Shown here: positions 20,669 to 34,627 of the stretch, one piece after another
Position numbering within the stretch: the first letter of the stretch is position 1
How the letters are laid out: each line of letters opens with the position of its first letter
Assembly (NCBI GenBank): GCA_965202625.1
Contig: CBDBBI010000010.1
Coordinates: 256,001 to 320,000 of the forward strand
Direction: 5' to 3'
Length of the DNA: 64,000 bases
Origin: a bacterium
GTDB lineage: Bacteria; UBA8248
Notes under the pieces: model-generated
Seen by the model: the letters and a program-made list of their open reading frames with translations, nothing else
Told to the model about the DNA's origin: nothing
The model's database searches: none
Made by a program: the position numbers and the translations under genes

Positions 20669-21919
20669 GTGGCACGAGAGGAGCAGGTCAGTGTACGCCA
20701 GACCGTGGAAGCGCAGTTCGACCGGGCGGCGGAGCACATAAACATAGATGATGAGTTGTCCGTCCTCCTCAAGAAGCCTTTTCGAGAGATGAGGGTTGAA
20801 ATACCCATTCGCAGAGACGATGGCTCTCTCGGGGTTTGGGAAGGATACCGCGTTCAGTTCAATGGCTCCCGAGGCCCATTCAAGGGTGGAATCCGGTACC
20901 ACCATGAAGTGAATATGGACGAAGTGTGCGGACTTTCGGCGCTCATGGCTTGGAAGACGGCCTTGGTGAACGTTCCATTTGGTGGAGGGAAGGGAGGCGT
21001 CAACGTCAACGTGCATGAGCTCAGTCGGTTTGAGCTGGAGCGGCTGACGAGAAAGTTTATCGCGCGCATTGGGCGAATTCTGGGTCCATACCGCGATATT
21101 CCTGCCCCCGACGTCAATACGAACGCGCAGGTGATGGCGTGGATTTTCGATGAATACAGCAGTCGTCAGGGGTATGCGCCGGCGTGCGTCACCGGAAAGC
21201 CTTTGACCATGGGCGGCTCTCTGGGGCGTGAGGCTGCCACGGGGCGAGGCGTCGTGATGGTGTATGAGGAGTTCGCCAAAAAGGAAGGCTGGGACCCGGC
21301 GAATATGACGGTGGCGATACAAGGTTTCGGGAACGTCGGAACCTTCGCCGCTAGGTTCATGAGCGATCTGGGGGTGAAAGTCTTGGCGATTTCGGGCAGT
21401 AGAGGCGCTTATTTTAACGGTGATGGCGTTGAAGTCGAAGCGGCTGCGGTGCATCGCAAAGAAGAGGGAACGCTAGAAGGTCTCGCGGGAGTCGAAGAAA
21501 TCACCAATGAAGAGCTTTTGACGCTTGATGTGGACGTCTTAATTCCAGCGGCCCTTGGTGGCGCGATTCACGCGGGCAATGCGGCGGACGTGAAGGCGCG
21601 CGTCGTTCTGGAGGCGGCCAATGCGCCCATCACTGATGAGGGAGAGAAAATACTGGGCGTCAGCGATCACGTCGTGGTGGTCCCGGACGTGTTGGCGAAT
21701 GCGGGCGGTGTGACGGTTTCATATTTTGAGTGGGTGCAGAACATTCAGCAATTCCGGTGGAATGAAGAGCAGGTGAATGTCGAGCTGGGCAAAATCATGG
21801 CACGCGCCACTGGTGAGGTCTATGAACTGTCCAAGGAGAAAAATGTGTCTTTGCGCATGGCCGCTTTCATCATTGCGATTCAAAGAGTGGCGGAGGCGGA
21901 ACGCCTTCGCGGCGTATAG
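20669..21919 (+). CDS. gdhA: Glu/Leu/Phe/Val dehydrogenase (glutamate dehydrogenase)
   Basis: [37 protein letters not shown]; GTG start after GGAGG. Confidence 0.93.
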   Translation: MAREEQVSVRQTVEAQFDRAAEHINIDDELSVLLKKPFREMRVEIPIRRDDGSLGVWEGYRVQFNGSRGPFKGGIRYHHEVNMDEVCGLSALMAWKTALVNVPFGGGKGGVNVNVHELSRFELERLTRKFIARIGRILGPYRDIPAPDVNTNAQVMAWIFDEYSSRQGYAPACVTGKPLTMGGSLGREAATGRGVVMVYEEFAKKEGWDPANMTVAIQGFGNVGTFAARFMSDLGVKVLAISGSRGAYFNGDGVEVEAAAVHRKEEGTLEGLAGVEEITNEELLTLDVDVLIPAALGGAIHAGNAADVKARVVLEAANAPITDEGEKILGVSDHVVVVPDVLANAGGVTVSYFEWVQNIQQFRWNEEQVNVELGKIMARATGEVYELSKEKNVSLRMAAFIIAIQRVAEAERLRGV

Positions 21920-21942
21920 GGCCAGCCGCATCGCTGGAGTTT

Positions 21943-22859
21943 TTGTTGTCTGGATTCGTGATAGACGCTCGCGACATCGAAAAATTGTTTGGAACTCTCA
22001 AAGCTGTCAATGGTATTTCGCTTCAGGTGGAGCCCGGCGAGTGTTTTGGCATTCTGGGCCCGAACGGGGCTGGTAAAACAACTACAATCAAGATGATACA
22101 TGGAGCCGTTCAGCTCGACGGGGGCGACCTTAAGGTGTTGGCTGGGACGTTCTGACCAAGAATTGACTTATTCGCGCCGAGATGGGAATCGTATCGCAAG
22201 AAGATACCTTGGACCGAGATCTGACAGTATATGAAAACCTGTGGGTCTATGCCGGATTTTTCGGCATCTCCAAGAAGGCGTCTTTGTCCCGCATCGCCCG
22301 TATGCTCGATTTCATGCAGCTTCGAGAGAAACGGGATGCGCGGATCAACACTTTGTCTGGCGGAATGAAGCGCCGACTCCACATTGCGCGCGCCTTGATC
22401 CATGACCCAAAGTTCCTGATTCTGGATGAGCCCACCACCGGCCTTGACCCCCAAGCGCGGCATCTCGTCTGGGGAAGGCTTCGGGAATTGAAGGACAAGG
22501 GGCTCACTATCCTTCTCACTAAGCATTACATGGAAGAGGCGGCCCAGATGTGCGATCGCATAGGCATCATGGATGCGGGAAAATTTCTCCTTGAGGGCGC
22601 GCCGCAAGCCCTGGTGCATGAAAACGTGGGTGATGAGGTGTGCGAACTCAGGGGCGGCGCTTCGGAGGAATTACTCGATTCACTAAAGGGTTTTCACGTA
22701 ACCACCGAAGCCGTTGCGGACATATTGTATATGTATAGCCACGATGAAATGCGGATGATGGAGCATTTGCTCTCTCGGGGGCGGAAAGATTTTTTGAGGA
22801 GGCCCGCGACTCTGGAAGACTTGTTTTTAAGACTCACAGGACGGGATCTTCGGGATTGA
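21943..22859 (+). pseudogene. NodI/DrrA-like ABC exporter ATPase, disrupted
   Basis: Walker [10 protein letters not shown] in the 5' ORF; frameshift at about 22140 and in-frame TGA at 22164-22166; LSGG and DEPT in the 3' ORF. Confidence 0.85.
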
Positions 22860-23633
22860 TGTTTTCTCCCCAAGCCGCCGAGCCGTCGTGCCTTTCGCGT
22901 CTGGGTTCGCCATTTGGTGTATTACCGCTCTTTTTACCTGGCGGAATGGGCTGGTAATCTGGGTGAGCATGTTTTGTGGCTGGTGGCGTTTGGTTATGGA
23001 CTGGGTCGCCTAGTACCGCATCTGGACGGCGTCTCGTATGCGCAATTCATCGGTCCCGGCCTGATGGTCTCCGTAGCTATGTGGAACGCCACTTATGAGT
23101 CCACGTACGGGGCGTATTCAAGAATGCGTATTCAAAACGTGTATGAGTCCATGCTGATGGCTCCGCTCACGGTGGGCGACGTTGTCCTGGGTGATCTTCT
23201 TTGGTGCGCCAGCCGCGCATTGATAGGCTCGACGCTCATGCTGATCGTTTTAGGCCTGTTCGGTTTGGTTAGCTCGTTGTGGGCGTTCGCGATTCTTCCG
23301 ATTCTATTTATTGAGGCGGTGATGTTCGCAGCCTTGGGGCTGATTGCGACATCGTTGGCCCATGGCTTTTCGTTTTTTAATTTCTATTTCTCTGTCATTG
23401 TCATGCCTATGTTTTTCTTTGCGGGTGCCTTGTTTCCCATCAAAGGTCTTCCATCGTGGGTGGAGCGACTGTCCGACGCTCTCCCGCTTACACATGCGAT
23501 GAGAATCGCGCGTGGCTTGTTCATTTACGGGCGTGTGGAGAATTTTATCTGGCATTTTTCCTTTCTGCTCGGTTTTATGCTCTTGTCCTTGGTCATCGCC
23601 TGCTTTTTGGTGAGCAGGCGGATGGTGGAATGA
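22859..23633 (+). CDS. NodJ-like ABC-2 permease; the natural start appears frameshifted, so possibly a pseudogene
   Basis: SYAQFIGPGL, P.FFF.GA.FP, LPLTHA; the overlapping ATG at 22859 is one base out of frame with the conserved ..RAFRVWVRHL.. segment. Confidence 0.75.
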
Positions 23634-24580
23634 GCATGGGGTCCGCAATAAAAATTCTGCATTCTCCGGAACCTTTTTTGTTTCATGAGAGTTTGTTGCG
23701 TTTTCGCACCTCGAGTGAAGATTTCATCAATTCGTATATGGATGGGGTTTACCGTAGGGTTTTGGAGGAAGCTAATGGCGCTTTGGTTTTTTTGGAAGCG
23801 GAACCGAAAGCGAAAGAGAGAAGGCTAGGGTGCCCGATTCGATTAAGAATTGTGAATGAAGGCCCAATGATGAAATCAACGCAAAGAGCGGGCTTGGACG
23901 CCATCAAGCATATCTTGTCTTTTGACCTTGATCTGAAGCCATTTTATAGGATGGCGAAAGACGACGCGGATTTGGCTCCCATTGTGAAAAGATTCAAGGG
24001 ACTCAAGCCGGTAAGGCACTTGAGCGCATTCGAGGCTCTTGTTACGGCAATCACGGCGCAACAGGTGAATTTGACGTTTGCCGGAGTGATACGAGGGCGC
24101 ATGGTGAAGCGATGGGGCAGGAAATTGCGTGTTGATGAACAAACGTATTACGCTTTTCCACGCCCGGAGCGTTTGGCGAGGGCGCGCGTGTCCACTTTTC
24201 GCGCCATGCAGTTTTCGGAGCGAAAGGCGGAATACGTGATTGGCGTGGCGCGCGCGGCTCTGGAGGGTCGTTTGGAAGAAGGCGAATTGCGTGCTCTGCC
24301 GATTGGTGAGGCGGTGAATCGCCTTACTGAGATACGAGGCGTAGGTCGTTGGACGGCTGAGCAAATGCTGTTTCGCGCCCTCGGCCGCGTGGAAGTGTTT
24401 CCTGGCGGAGATTTGGGAGTGCAGAAAGTCGTGGCGCATTATTGTTTTGGGAAGGAACGCGTGGATGAGAGGTGCGCGCGCGTCCGAGCGGATGGTTGGC
24501 ACCCGTGGGCTTCTCTGGCGACGACGTATTTGTTTGCCGCGTGGCGCGCGGGCGTCCCGCCTACGAGTGAGATGAAATGA
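23630..24580 (+). CDS. alkA: DNA-3-methyladenine glycosylase II (AlkA family)
   Basis: FEALVTAITAQQV, FPRPE.LA, HhH IRGVGRWTAE, FPGGDLG. Confidence 0.9.
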   Translation: MSMGSAIKILHSPEPFLFHESLLRFRTSSEDFINSYMDGVYRRVLEEANGALVFLEAEPKAKERRLGCPIRLRIVNEGPMMKSTQRAGLDAIKHILSFDLDLKPFYRMAKDDADLAPIVKRFKGLKPVRHLSAFEALVTAITAQQVNLTFAGVIRGRMVKRWGRKLRVDEQTYYAFPRPERLARARVSTFRAMQFSERKAEYVIGVARAALEGRLEEGELRALPIGEAVNRLTEIRGVGRWTAEQMLFRALGRVEVFPGGDLGVQKVVAHYCFGKERVDERCARVRADGWHPWASLATTYLFAAWRAGVPPTSEMK

Positions 24581-25746
24581 TGTCCTGGGAGATAGACGTG
24601 CGTACAAACAATTGTCGCGTTTCCATCGAAGAGCAGGAAAGAAATATTCTAGCGCCCTATGCTGCGCATAGTGCCGATAGTCTGGGACGGAGGCATCCGG
24701 AAACGGAGCACAACATGAGGACCGTTTTTCAGCGCGATCGCGACCGCATCATCCATACGCAGGCGTTCAGGAGGCTTGAGTATAAGACGCAAGTGTTTGT
24801 GAATCATGAGGGGGACCATTATCGCACGCGTCTGACGCACACTATCGAGGTAAGCCAAATTGCCCGTTCCATCGCCCGCGCGCTTGGCTTGAATGAAGAG
24901 CTCGCCGAGGCTGTCGCTCTCGCGCACGATTTAGGACACCCCCCTTTTGGTCATGCCGGAGAAAAGGTGCTGAATGAGCTCATGAGAGAGCACGGGGGGT
25001 TTGAGCATAATTTGCAAGCTTTGCGGATCGTCGAGATTTTAGAGAGGCGTTACCCGTCGTTTCCGGGTTTGAACCTGACATGGGAAACGCGCGAAGGAAT
25101 TATAAAGTATCTTGATCGCTACGAGGGTTTGATGCCTCCGGGTCTGACGAACGCCATCGCTCCCAGCTTGGAGGCCCAAGTAGTAGATGCGGCGGATGAG
25201 ATTGCATATAACAACCATGATCTGGACGATGGGCTATCGTCTCACCTGTTTGGCCCTGAGGATTTACGTGATACGCGGCTTTGGCGCGAGCATTATGAAA
25301 GCTCGAAAAAATCTTTTCCCAATTCTTCTTGGCGGGAGAGTAAACATGACGCCATTCGTCGAATCATCAACTCACAAGTCCAGGATATCATCACATCTGC
25401 GTGTGAGCGCATCAAGAGCCGAGGGTTGAGAAACATTTCGGATGTAAGAGAATTTGGGCACGAGGTAGTTGTCTTCAGTGAAGAGATGAATGAGAAAAAC
25501 GTCGAGCTCAAACGTTTTCTGATGGAGTGGATGTATACGAACGAGCGTGTCATAAAATTAGAAGAAAGTGCTCAAAAAACGTTGACTGGACTGTTTCATC
25601 TCTATATTGTGGACTTCAGCAAAATACCGGAGCATATACGACAACTTAAAAGAGCGAGTGGGCCGCACCGCATGGTCTGTGATTACGTCGCCGGTATGAC
25701 GGACCGCTATGCGCTGCAACATCATGAATTGTGGTTGGGGCCTTGA
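24577..25746 (+). CDS. dgt: Deoxyguanosinetriphosphate triphosphohydrolase
   Basis: FQRDRDRI, RTRLTHTIEV, HDLGHPPFGH, DYVAGMTD. Confidence 0.95.
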   Translation: MMSWEIDVRTNNCRVSIEEQERNILAPYAAHSADSLGRRHPETEHNMRTVFQRDRDRIIHTQAFRRLEYKTQVFVNHEGDHYRTRLTHTIEVSQIARSIARALGLNEELAEAVALAHDLGHPPFGHAGEKVLNELMREHGGFEHNLQALRIVEILERRYPSFPGLNLTWETREGIIKYLDRYEGLMPPGLTNAIAPSLEAQVVDAADEIAYNNHDLDDGLSSHLFGPEDLRDTRLWREHYESSKKSFPNSSWRESKHDAIRRIINSQVQDIITSACERIKSRGLRNISDVREFGHEVVVFSEEMNEKNVELKRFLMEWMYTNERVIKLEESAQKTLTGLFHLYIVDFSKIPEHIRQLKRASGPHRMVCDYVAGMTDRYALQHHELWLGP

Positions 25747-25845
25747 TATGCGTGGTCCCGCCTTAGCCCCAAAAAGAATGGGTAGAGAAAGAAAAACTTG
25801 AAACGGTGATTCGCCGATAATCGCCTCATATTTATCGTAGGGATG

Positions 25846-27249
25846 TCACTTCATTGGAAGGGCGGCGAAGATATTCATCCCTTTTCGCCTTAAAAGGAGC
25901 AGGACCGAGTCCCGAAGTCGCGACCTGTCAATGGCCGACTGAAATTCTTCCATTGTTTTTACTGATTTGTGATTCACCTCTTCAATTTCATCGCCAGGTC
26001 TGATTCCGCTGTTTTCCGCAATACCCCCTCGTCGAATGGAGGAGACCACCAATGTATTCTCCTCGTAATTCAATTCGAAGCGCTTGGCGAGATATGGAGT
26101 AAGCGCCTCTACTTTCATCCCCATGAGAGTCTGGTTGGTGGTCTTGCTCGAATGAGGTGTTTCAGGGCGACTTCCCAAGCGGACATAGACGCTCTCAAGA
26201 CGTTTTTCCCGATAATACTTCACCAACACAAGAGAATCAGGTTTTGTGCGGGCCACGATTCGGGGGAGACTCTGCCACGTGCTGACCAATTTTCCATTAA
26301 ATTCAACGATCACATCTCCTCCGCGCAAGCCAGCGCGATGGGCGGGACCGCCGCGCGTGACTTCGGTGAGTTTAGCGCCCTCAAAACGGGTAAGGCCAAG
26401 ACTTTTCCCCTCCTGCCGGGGTACCTCGGTCACTGCTGCTCCCAACCGGCCTCGTACAGGATAGCCTTTGTGGCGCAGAGCGTCGATAACGGTTTTGGCC
26501 TGATTTATCGGAATGGCGAAACCAACCCCTAAGCTCCAGGCGCGCGATCCTCTAGAGAATATGACCGTGTTGATGCCTATGACGGAGCCTTGCGTGTCAG
26601 CGAGCGGCCCGCCAGAGTTGCCCGGATTTATGGAAGCGTCAGTTTGGAGATATTCATCAAAGGGACCTTCTTTCAAGTCCCGATCTTTGGCGCTGATAAT
26701 TCCCACGGACACGGAATTCTCTAAACCAAAGGGGCTGCCAATCGCCAGAACCCACTGGCCGACCTCTATTTTATCGGAATCACCAAGAGGCGCAGCCTGA
26801 AGTTTGCTTGTTGAACTTATTTTTAATAATGCTAGGTCGGTTTTGTCATCTGTGCCCAGCAGACGGGGCGAGAACTCTTCGCCTTGATGGAGTTTCACCA
26901 GGATTTTTTCCGCATCTTTGATAACGTGGTGGTTCGTGAGGATATGACCTTCTGTTGAAACGATAATTCCCGAACCTATGTTGTAGTGGCCGCTAAAGGG
27001 CGCGTTGCCCTGCTCAAATTTGTGGGGATTATCTCTTCGGCGGCCTCTACCGAAGATGTTGAGTAGCGGGTGCCCTTCCGCATCTCTCGGCTTTATGTGG
27101 ATATGCACGACAGACGGTTGCAGTTTCTTGGCCGCCTCAATGATGAAGTGCTTCCCAAAGTGATGGCGTGTCGCGGCTGATGCGGATGATGAGCAGAATA
27201 CGAAAGCGGATAATAGGCAGATGGAGATATCTTGATATCGGCAGCGCAT
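25846..27249 (-). CDS. HtrA/DegP-DegQ serine protease with two PDZ domains
   Basis: GSGII, TNHHVI, DLALLKI, INPGNSGGPL, two PDZ domains, signal peptide. Confidence 0.95.
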   Translation of the reverse strand: MRCRYQDISICLLSAFVFCSSSASAATRHHFGKHFIIEAAKKLQPSVVHIHIKPRDAEGHPLLNIFGRGRRRDNPHKFEQGNAPFSGHYNIGSGIIVSTEGHILTNHHVIKDAEKILVKLHQGEEFSPRLLGTDDKTDLALLKISSTSKLQAAPLGDSDKIEVGQWVLAIGSPFGLENSVSVGIISAKDRDLKEGPFDEYLQTDASINPGNSGGPLADTQGSVIGINTVIFSRGSRAWSLGVGFAIPINQAKTVIDALRHKGYPVRGRLGAAVTEVPRQEGKSLGLTRFEGAKLTEVTRGGPAHRAGLRGGDVIVEFNGKLVSTWQSLPRIVARTKPDSLVLVKYYREKRLESVYVRLGSRPETPHSSKTTNQTLMGMKVEALTPYLAKRFELNYEENTLVVSSIRRGGIAENSGIRPGDEIEEVNHKSVKTMEEFQSAIDRSRLRDSVLLLLRRKGMNIFAALPMK

Positions 27250-27484
27250 GTTCGAGTATGCCCTTATGGTTGAGTCTGAAACGCCCACAAGCGCCTGACG
27301 CGCCTAACTTTTGATATGCTAGCATTGTGTATTTCCAGGAGCAATCAATTTGACCGGGATTGGCTAAATTTGATATAGCGTATTCGCTTGATATTGGAGA
27401 ATTCAGCAAATCTGAGGTTTTCAACTAGAATCACGAGGTTTTGGCATTTACGCTATTTTCCTTCGCAGAGAGATTTTTCTAGCC

Positions 27485-29287
27485 GTGGTCATCGAGAAAA
27501 TTAGGAACTTTTCCATCATCGCGCATATAGATCATGGGAAATCTACGCTGGCGGATCGCATTTTGGAAATAACCGGAGCGCTTTCAAAACGTGAAATGGC
27601 TTCTCAGGTCCTGGATTCCATGGCGCTGGAGCAGGAGCGAGGCATCACGATCAAGGCGGCGACGGTTCGCATACTTTACCGTTCGCATCAGGGCGAGGAA
27701 TATATTTTTAACCTCATAGATACGCCTGGGCACGTGGATTTTCATTATGAAGTTTCCAGGAGCCTGCAGGCTTGCGAGGGCGCCTTGTTGCTCGTTGACG
27801 CCACCCAGGGGATACAGGCTCAAACGATGGCGAATGCGTATCTGGCTTTGGAACAGGACTTGGCTATCATACCCGTGATCAACAAAATTGACTTGCCAGC
27901 GGCGGACCCTGAACGCGTCATGAAACAAGTAGAAGACGTCATGGGGATGGATGGGGAAGAATGCCTGATGGTGAGCGCGAAACAAGGAGAGGGCGTGGAT
28001 GCGCTCCTCGAAGCGATTGTCGAGCGAATTCCGCATCCAAGTGGAGAACCACGAGGTCCTGCGCGAGGGCTCGTTATAGACTCTTGGTATGACTCTTACC
28101 AAGGTGCCATCCCATTATTCCGTATGTTTGAGGGAACCATTCGCAAGGGCGATGTAGTGAGGTTCATGTCGACTGCCGAAGAGTATCAAGTTTTGAGTTT
28201 GAGCACCTTTACGCCTCATGAGGTGAAGGTGAAGGAAATCGGGCCTGGCGAGGTGGGCGCATTGTCGGCTTCGATACGTGAGGTGAGTGATACCCGAGTG
28301 GGCGATACCATCACCCTTGCTGAAAAGCCCGCAAGAGAAGCCATTCGTGGTTTCCAGGAGCCAAAAGCAATGGTGTATAGCGGTTTGTATGCGTCTGATA
28401 GTGCCGAGTATGAAGATTTGAGGACGGCGCTCGAGAAGCTGAGGCTGAACGATTCGGCTTTCACCTATGAGCCTGAAACCTCGGTCGCTTTAGGTTTTGG
28501 TTTTAGGTGTGGGTTTTTGGGACTTCTTCATATGGAAATCATTCGCGAGAGGTTGGAGCGCGAATATGACCTCACTCTCATCATCACGGCCCCGACGGTG
28601 ATTTTTCGCGTTCTACTAAGCGATGGGGAGGTGGAAGAAATTGATAGCCCCGCGAAGCTTCCTCATCTATCTAGGATCGAAGCGATTGAGGAGCCTTTTA
28701 TTTTGGGGACCATACTCGTGCCCTCGGAATACGTAGGCGGCGTTCTGAGATTAGCGCAGGAGAAGCGAGGCATACAGCGTTCAATGAAATATCTTGATAC
28801 CGATACCGTGGAAATCGCTTACGAGCTGCCCTTCAGTGAGATTCTTTTCGATTTTTATGACAAATTGAAGTCCGTTTCTCGGGGATACGCGAGTTTCGAC
28901 TATGAACATCTGGGCTATCGCTCGGCGGAAGTGGTAAAACTGGATATTCTGCTGAATGGGCAGCCGATAGACCCATTTTCTACGATCATTCATAAAGAGA
29001 AGGCCTATTACCATGGGCGGGCGCTGGTGCAAAAAATGAAAAGGATTATTCCGCGGCAAATGTTTGAGGTTGTCATCCAGGCCGCGGTTGGAAATCGGGT
29101 GATAGCGCGGGAGACGATCCGGGCCTTGCGGAAAGATGTGACGGCGAAATGTTATGGTGGCGATATAACGCGAAAACGAAAACTGCTTGAAAAGCAGCGC
29201 GAGGGGAAAAAACGCATGAAAAATATCGGGACTGTGGAAGTGCCCCAAGAGGCGTTTATGGCGGTTTTGGATGTGGGTAAGGAGTAG
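27485..29287 (+). CDS. lepA: Elongation factor 4
   Basis: [45 protein letters not shown]. Confidence 0.98.
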   Translation: MVIEKIRNFSIIAHIDHGKSTLADRILEITGALSKREMASQVLDSMALEQERGITIKAATVRILYRSHQGEEYIFNLIDTPGHVDFHYEVSRSLQACEGALLLVDATQGIQAQTMANAYLALEQDLAIIPVINKIDLPAADPERVMKQVEDVMGMDGEECLMVSAKQGEGVDALLEAIVERIPHPSGEPRGPARGLVIDSWYDSYQGAIPLFRMFEGTIRKGDVVRFMSTAEEYQVLSLSTFTPHEVKVKEIGPGEVGALSASIREVSDTRVGDTITLAEKPAREAIRGFQEPKAMVYSGLYASDSAEYEDLRTALEKLRLNDSAFTYEPETSVALGFGFRCGFLGLLHMEIIRERLEREYDLTLIITAPTVIFRVLLSDGEVEEIDSPAKLPHLSRIEAIEEPFILGTILVPSEYVGGVLRLAQEKRGIQRSMKYLDTDTVEIAYELPFSEILFDFYDKLKSVSRGYASFDYEHLGYRSAEVVKLDILLNGQPIDPFSTIIHKEKAYYHGRALVQKMKRIIPRQMFEVVIQAAVGNRVIARETIRALRKDVTAKCYGGDITRKRKLLEKQREGKKRMKNIGTVEVPQEAFMAVLDVGKE

Positions 29288-29294
29288 TAAAAAC

Positions 29295-30023
29295 GTGTCG
29301 GATACGAGTTTGACAGCACGCAAGAGCGCGGCGCGTAAGCGAAAATCGAAATCCACGCTTCGCGAATATGCCGAAGCGATCGTTATCGCTTTGTTGCTGG
29401 CCATGTTCGTGCGCACCTTTGTAGTACAGGCGTTCAAGATACCCTCGGGCTCCATGGAAAACACCCTTCTTGTCGGAGATCATATACTCGTCAATAAATT
29501 TATATTCTGGTTCCGTGCTCCTCGGCGCGGAGATATTATCGTATTCAGGTTTCCTAAAGATGAACGGCGGGATTTCATCAAGCGCGTGATCGCGTTACCG
29601 GGTGAGGAGGTGATGATTCGCGGCAAAAAAGTGTTCATCAATTGCGCAACGCCGAATGCGCCGGAAAAATGCGAGCCTCTGGATGAGAAATACGTAGAGT
29701 TTAAAGCGAATGGCGGCGGCGAGGGTTTTGAAAGTCAATGGGGGCCTCAGAAAGTCCCCCCGGATCACCTCTTTATGCTAGGGGATAACCGAAACAACAG
29801 TCAAGACAGCCGTGTTTGGGGCTTTTTGAAAGTAGGCGAGCGCATAAATCATGTCCTTGTCCGTTTTTGGCATTATTCTTTTCGTGTACCTTTTCCGTGC
29901 TCGATATGGTCCGCGCCGTGTTGGGACGGCAAAATTCGCGGTTCCGCATTCATGATCTATTGGTCATGGAACGGGGATTCTGGCTCGCCACGTTGGGGCA
30001 GGCTGGCCAACATTCTTGGCTAG
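29295..30023 (+). CDS. lepB: Signal peptidase I
   Basis: IPSGSMENTL, FIKRVIALPG, GDNRNNSQDSR. Confidence 0.95.
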   Translation: MSDTSLTARKSAARKRKSKSTLREYAEAIVIALLLAMFVRTFVVQAFKIPSGSMENTLLVGDHILVNKFIFWFRAPRRGDIIVFRFPKDERRDFIKRVIALPGEEVMIRGKKVFINCATPNAPEKCEPLDEKYVEFKANGGGEGFESQWGPQKVPPDHLFMLGDNRNNSQDSRVWGFLKVGERINHVLVRFWHYSFRVPFPCSIWSAPCWDGKIRGSAFMIYWSWNGDSGSPRWGRLANILG

Positions 30024-30145
30024 TCAAGTTTGTTGCGTCCCCGCTCACTTGCCGTCGTATGGTCTCCACAAAGCGTGGGGGACCAATCGTGGTAGATACT
30101 ATTAAGGCCCCAAGCAATAGCGCAAAAGATGAATGGTCCCTCATC

Positions 30146-31033
30146 CTAAAACATCTCCCAAGGAACACATTTTGTATGAGAGCCTATGGGACGCCAGGCT
30201 CCCATGTCCGAATGAGGGCCATATAATATCATAGTGCGTGGTGCATAGAGGGAGGCGAGGTGGGAAACGCCGGAATCCCCCCCAATATAAGCGGATGACG
30301 TTGAAAGCAGTGCGCTTAGGGGTTTGGGTAGGGTGTCCTTGATGACGCGGATCGGCTCGCCCCAAAATTTTTGAAATTCCTTGCAAGCGATGGGATCCGC
30401 CGGCCCTTCCACCAGAACGGGTTGGTGCCCGGTTTCCTCCGCATGTTCGCGACCTATTCTGGTCAGAATTTCCGGCGGCGCCCATTTTTTTTCGCTTCCG
30501 CCTCCGGAATGCATAATGAAGAAATGGGATGCTTCTATATCATGTTTATTCAATATATTATGTGCTAACACCAAACTGTTTCTCGATGCTTTCAGCTTCA
30601 TGTTTCCGAGATCGCTTGTGCCCACTGATGGCCATGGGCGTGTCATCCACTCGGAGACGTGAACATTCTCCTCCTCAGGGGGAAAGGGCGGGTGGATGTA
30701 GCATTGTTTTAATCTGTTTAAATTCAGCCGGTTAGCAAGTTCTCCTGAACGGTCCGCCGTATAGAACGCGCACTTGTCATATCTCTTGATGAGTGGGGAC
30801 AGTACATCATTTTCCGAGGGCCGCTCAGAATATAAAAGATGAAAAGGCGCCGCTCCGCCATTGAGAATTTCGTGAACCAGCCCGGCGTCAAGCAGGGGTG
30901 CAGCGTAGGTGGGATTTGCGGCCAAGGCGATGCGGATGTTTTTGTTATGAGCCGCTAGCTGTTTGAATAACAAGGATAATAGCAGCGTATCCCCGAAAGC
31001 TCCCATACGGTAGATGAGAATGTCGCCGGCCAA
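30146..31033 (-). CDS. Glycosyltransferase family 9 (heptosyltransferase-like)
   Basis: ILIYRMGAFGDTLL, HSGGGSEKKW, GGDSGVSHLA. Confidence 0.85.
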   Translation of the reverse strand: MAGDILIYRMGAFGDTLLLSLLFKQLAAHNKNIRIALAANPTYAAPLLDAGLVHEILNGGAAPFHLLYSERPSENDVLSPLIKRYDKCAFYTADRSGELANRLNLNRLKQCYIHPPFPPEEENVHVSEWMTRPWPSVGTSDLGNMKLKASRNSLVLAHNILNKHDIEASHFFIMHSGGGSEKKWAPPEILTRIGREHAEETGHQPVLVEGPADPIACKEFQKFWGEPIRVIKDTLPKPLSALLSTSSAYIGGDSGVSHLASLYAPRTMILYGPHSDMGAWRPIGSHTKCVPWEMF

Positions 31034-31036
31034 CTT

Positions 31037-31867
31037 TCACGCTCTGTGGAGGATGAATTCCACGGCTTGGGCGATTTGGGCGAATTCGTGGGCGTCCAGC
31101 GTCTCGGCGCGCCGCCTCGGGTCGATACCCAATCCTTTGAGGAGGTCCCGTAAACCCTCCGGCTGGAATCCGCGTCGGTTCTTTTTTTCGAACTTGAATA
31201 TATTCAGTGATTTCAGATTATTGAGCAGCGTCTTTCTGCGGTGGGCGAAGCCCGCCTGGATAATCCGAAAATAGAGGTTCTCATCCGCTACTTTCACTTG
31301 AGGCGCGTTTCTGGCTTCCAGACGCATGATCGCTGAATCGACTTTCGGCGGCGGCCGAAACGCGCCTGGGGGCACTACTTGGCACAGCTTCGCTTCGTAG
31401 CGATAGCCCACCCAAAGGGTGAGCGAGCCATAGCCTTTTCCACCTGGTCTAGCGCAAATCCTCTCGCCCACCTCGCGTTGCACCATCAAGACCATGAGAG
31501 GAAAATTTTCAATATTTTCAATAAGTTGTGAGATGATACTTGAGGCGATATGGTAAGGTAGATTCGCCACCAGTTTCATCCTTGTTGGAAGCATTGAGTA
31601 GTCGATTCGGAGTGCATCGTCGTGTTGCAGATGAAATCGTTCGTGCGTGTTTTCGAGAATTCGCAGAGCGGGAATGAGTGCGTCATCTATCTCCACTCCG
31701 CGGACGTTCGCTCCGGCATTGAGCAGGAATTGTGTGAGAGAACCTCCGCCCACTCCGATTTCCAACACATCCTCTCCCGGGACAATACCTGCTAATTCAA
31801 TGATTTGTGTCAGATATTTCCTCTCGTGGAGGAAGTGTTGGCCAAGTTTTTTCTTGAAGTTTACCAT
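31037..31867 (-). CDS. rsmA: 16S rRNA dimethyladenosine transferase
   Basis: KKLGQHFL, EIG.G.G, ANLPY, F.PPPKVDS, RRKTL. Confidence 0.96.
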   Translation of the reverse strand: MVNFKKKLGQHFLHERKYLTQIIELAGIVPGEDVLEIGVGGGSLTQFLLNAGANVRGVEIDDALIPALRILENTHERFHLQHDDALRIDYSMLPTRMKLVANLPYHIASSIISQLIENIENFPLMVLMVQREVGERICARPGGKGYGSLTLWVGYRYEAKLCQVVPPGAFRPPPKVDSAIMRLEARNAPQVKVADENLYFRIIQAGFAHRRKTLLNNLKSLNIFKFEKKNRRGFQPEGLRDLLKGLGIDPRRRAETLDAHEFAQIAQAVEFILHRA

Positions 31868-32406
31868 AGAGGACCGAGTACTGGTTGGGGAGATGGACGC
31901 GCGTGCTTCGCTTCAAGGGAGCCTCGCCCCTTCTCATGGGGGAAATGCGCTATTTCCGCTCCCTTTTCTTCGCGAGTTCTCCGTGAATTTTCATACATTC
32001 TCGCCCTTGGCGGCCGTGTGGGGTGCGCGGGCGACAATCACCCCAATCTATCAAGGTCTGCCGTGAAGTTCCACTGAAATTCCCCCCCCCAGAGATGCAA
32101 AAATTTTTCGGCAGGCTAGCGTTGAGGACGAGGACATGGTATTCAAGGAAGAAGATGTCGTTCATTTAGACCTCCTCTTTTTGGCGTTCTGTTGGTTTCA
32201 TCTGTTCCGAGGCGTCGGCGTAGTAGTAGAGAAGGTGAGGGGGATGAAACTTGCTTTCATTAGTGATGCATGTTTCTGCCCGAAACCTCTTTGGGGGCAT
32301 GGGGCGGTCGTTTCGCTCTTTGGAGAGACTTGTGACTCTAAATTTTCTCGTATTCTGCTTAAAGAGCGAGCATGTTTTGTGTGACAAAACCTGAGGGGAG
32401 CACTGA

Positions 32407-34620
<2,214 letters not shown>

Positions 34621-34627
34621 GCGCGTC

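Noticed and set aside
22164-22166. In-frame TGA as possible selenocysteine or recoding
   Set aside because: Not a Cys-equivalent position and accompanied by an adjacent frameshift; a nonsense mutation is the simpler explanation.
31868-32406. 540-bp spacer between rsmA and icd as a possible ncRNA
   Set aside because: Divergent promoter region; I recognised no tRNA, riboswitch or other structured RNA motif.
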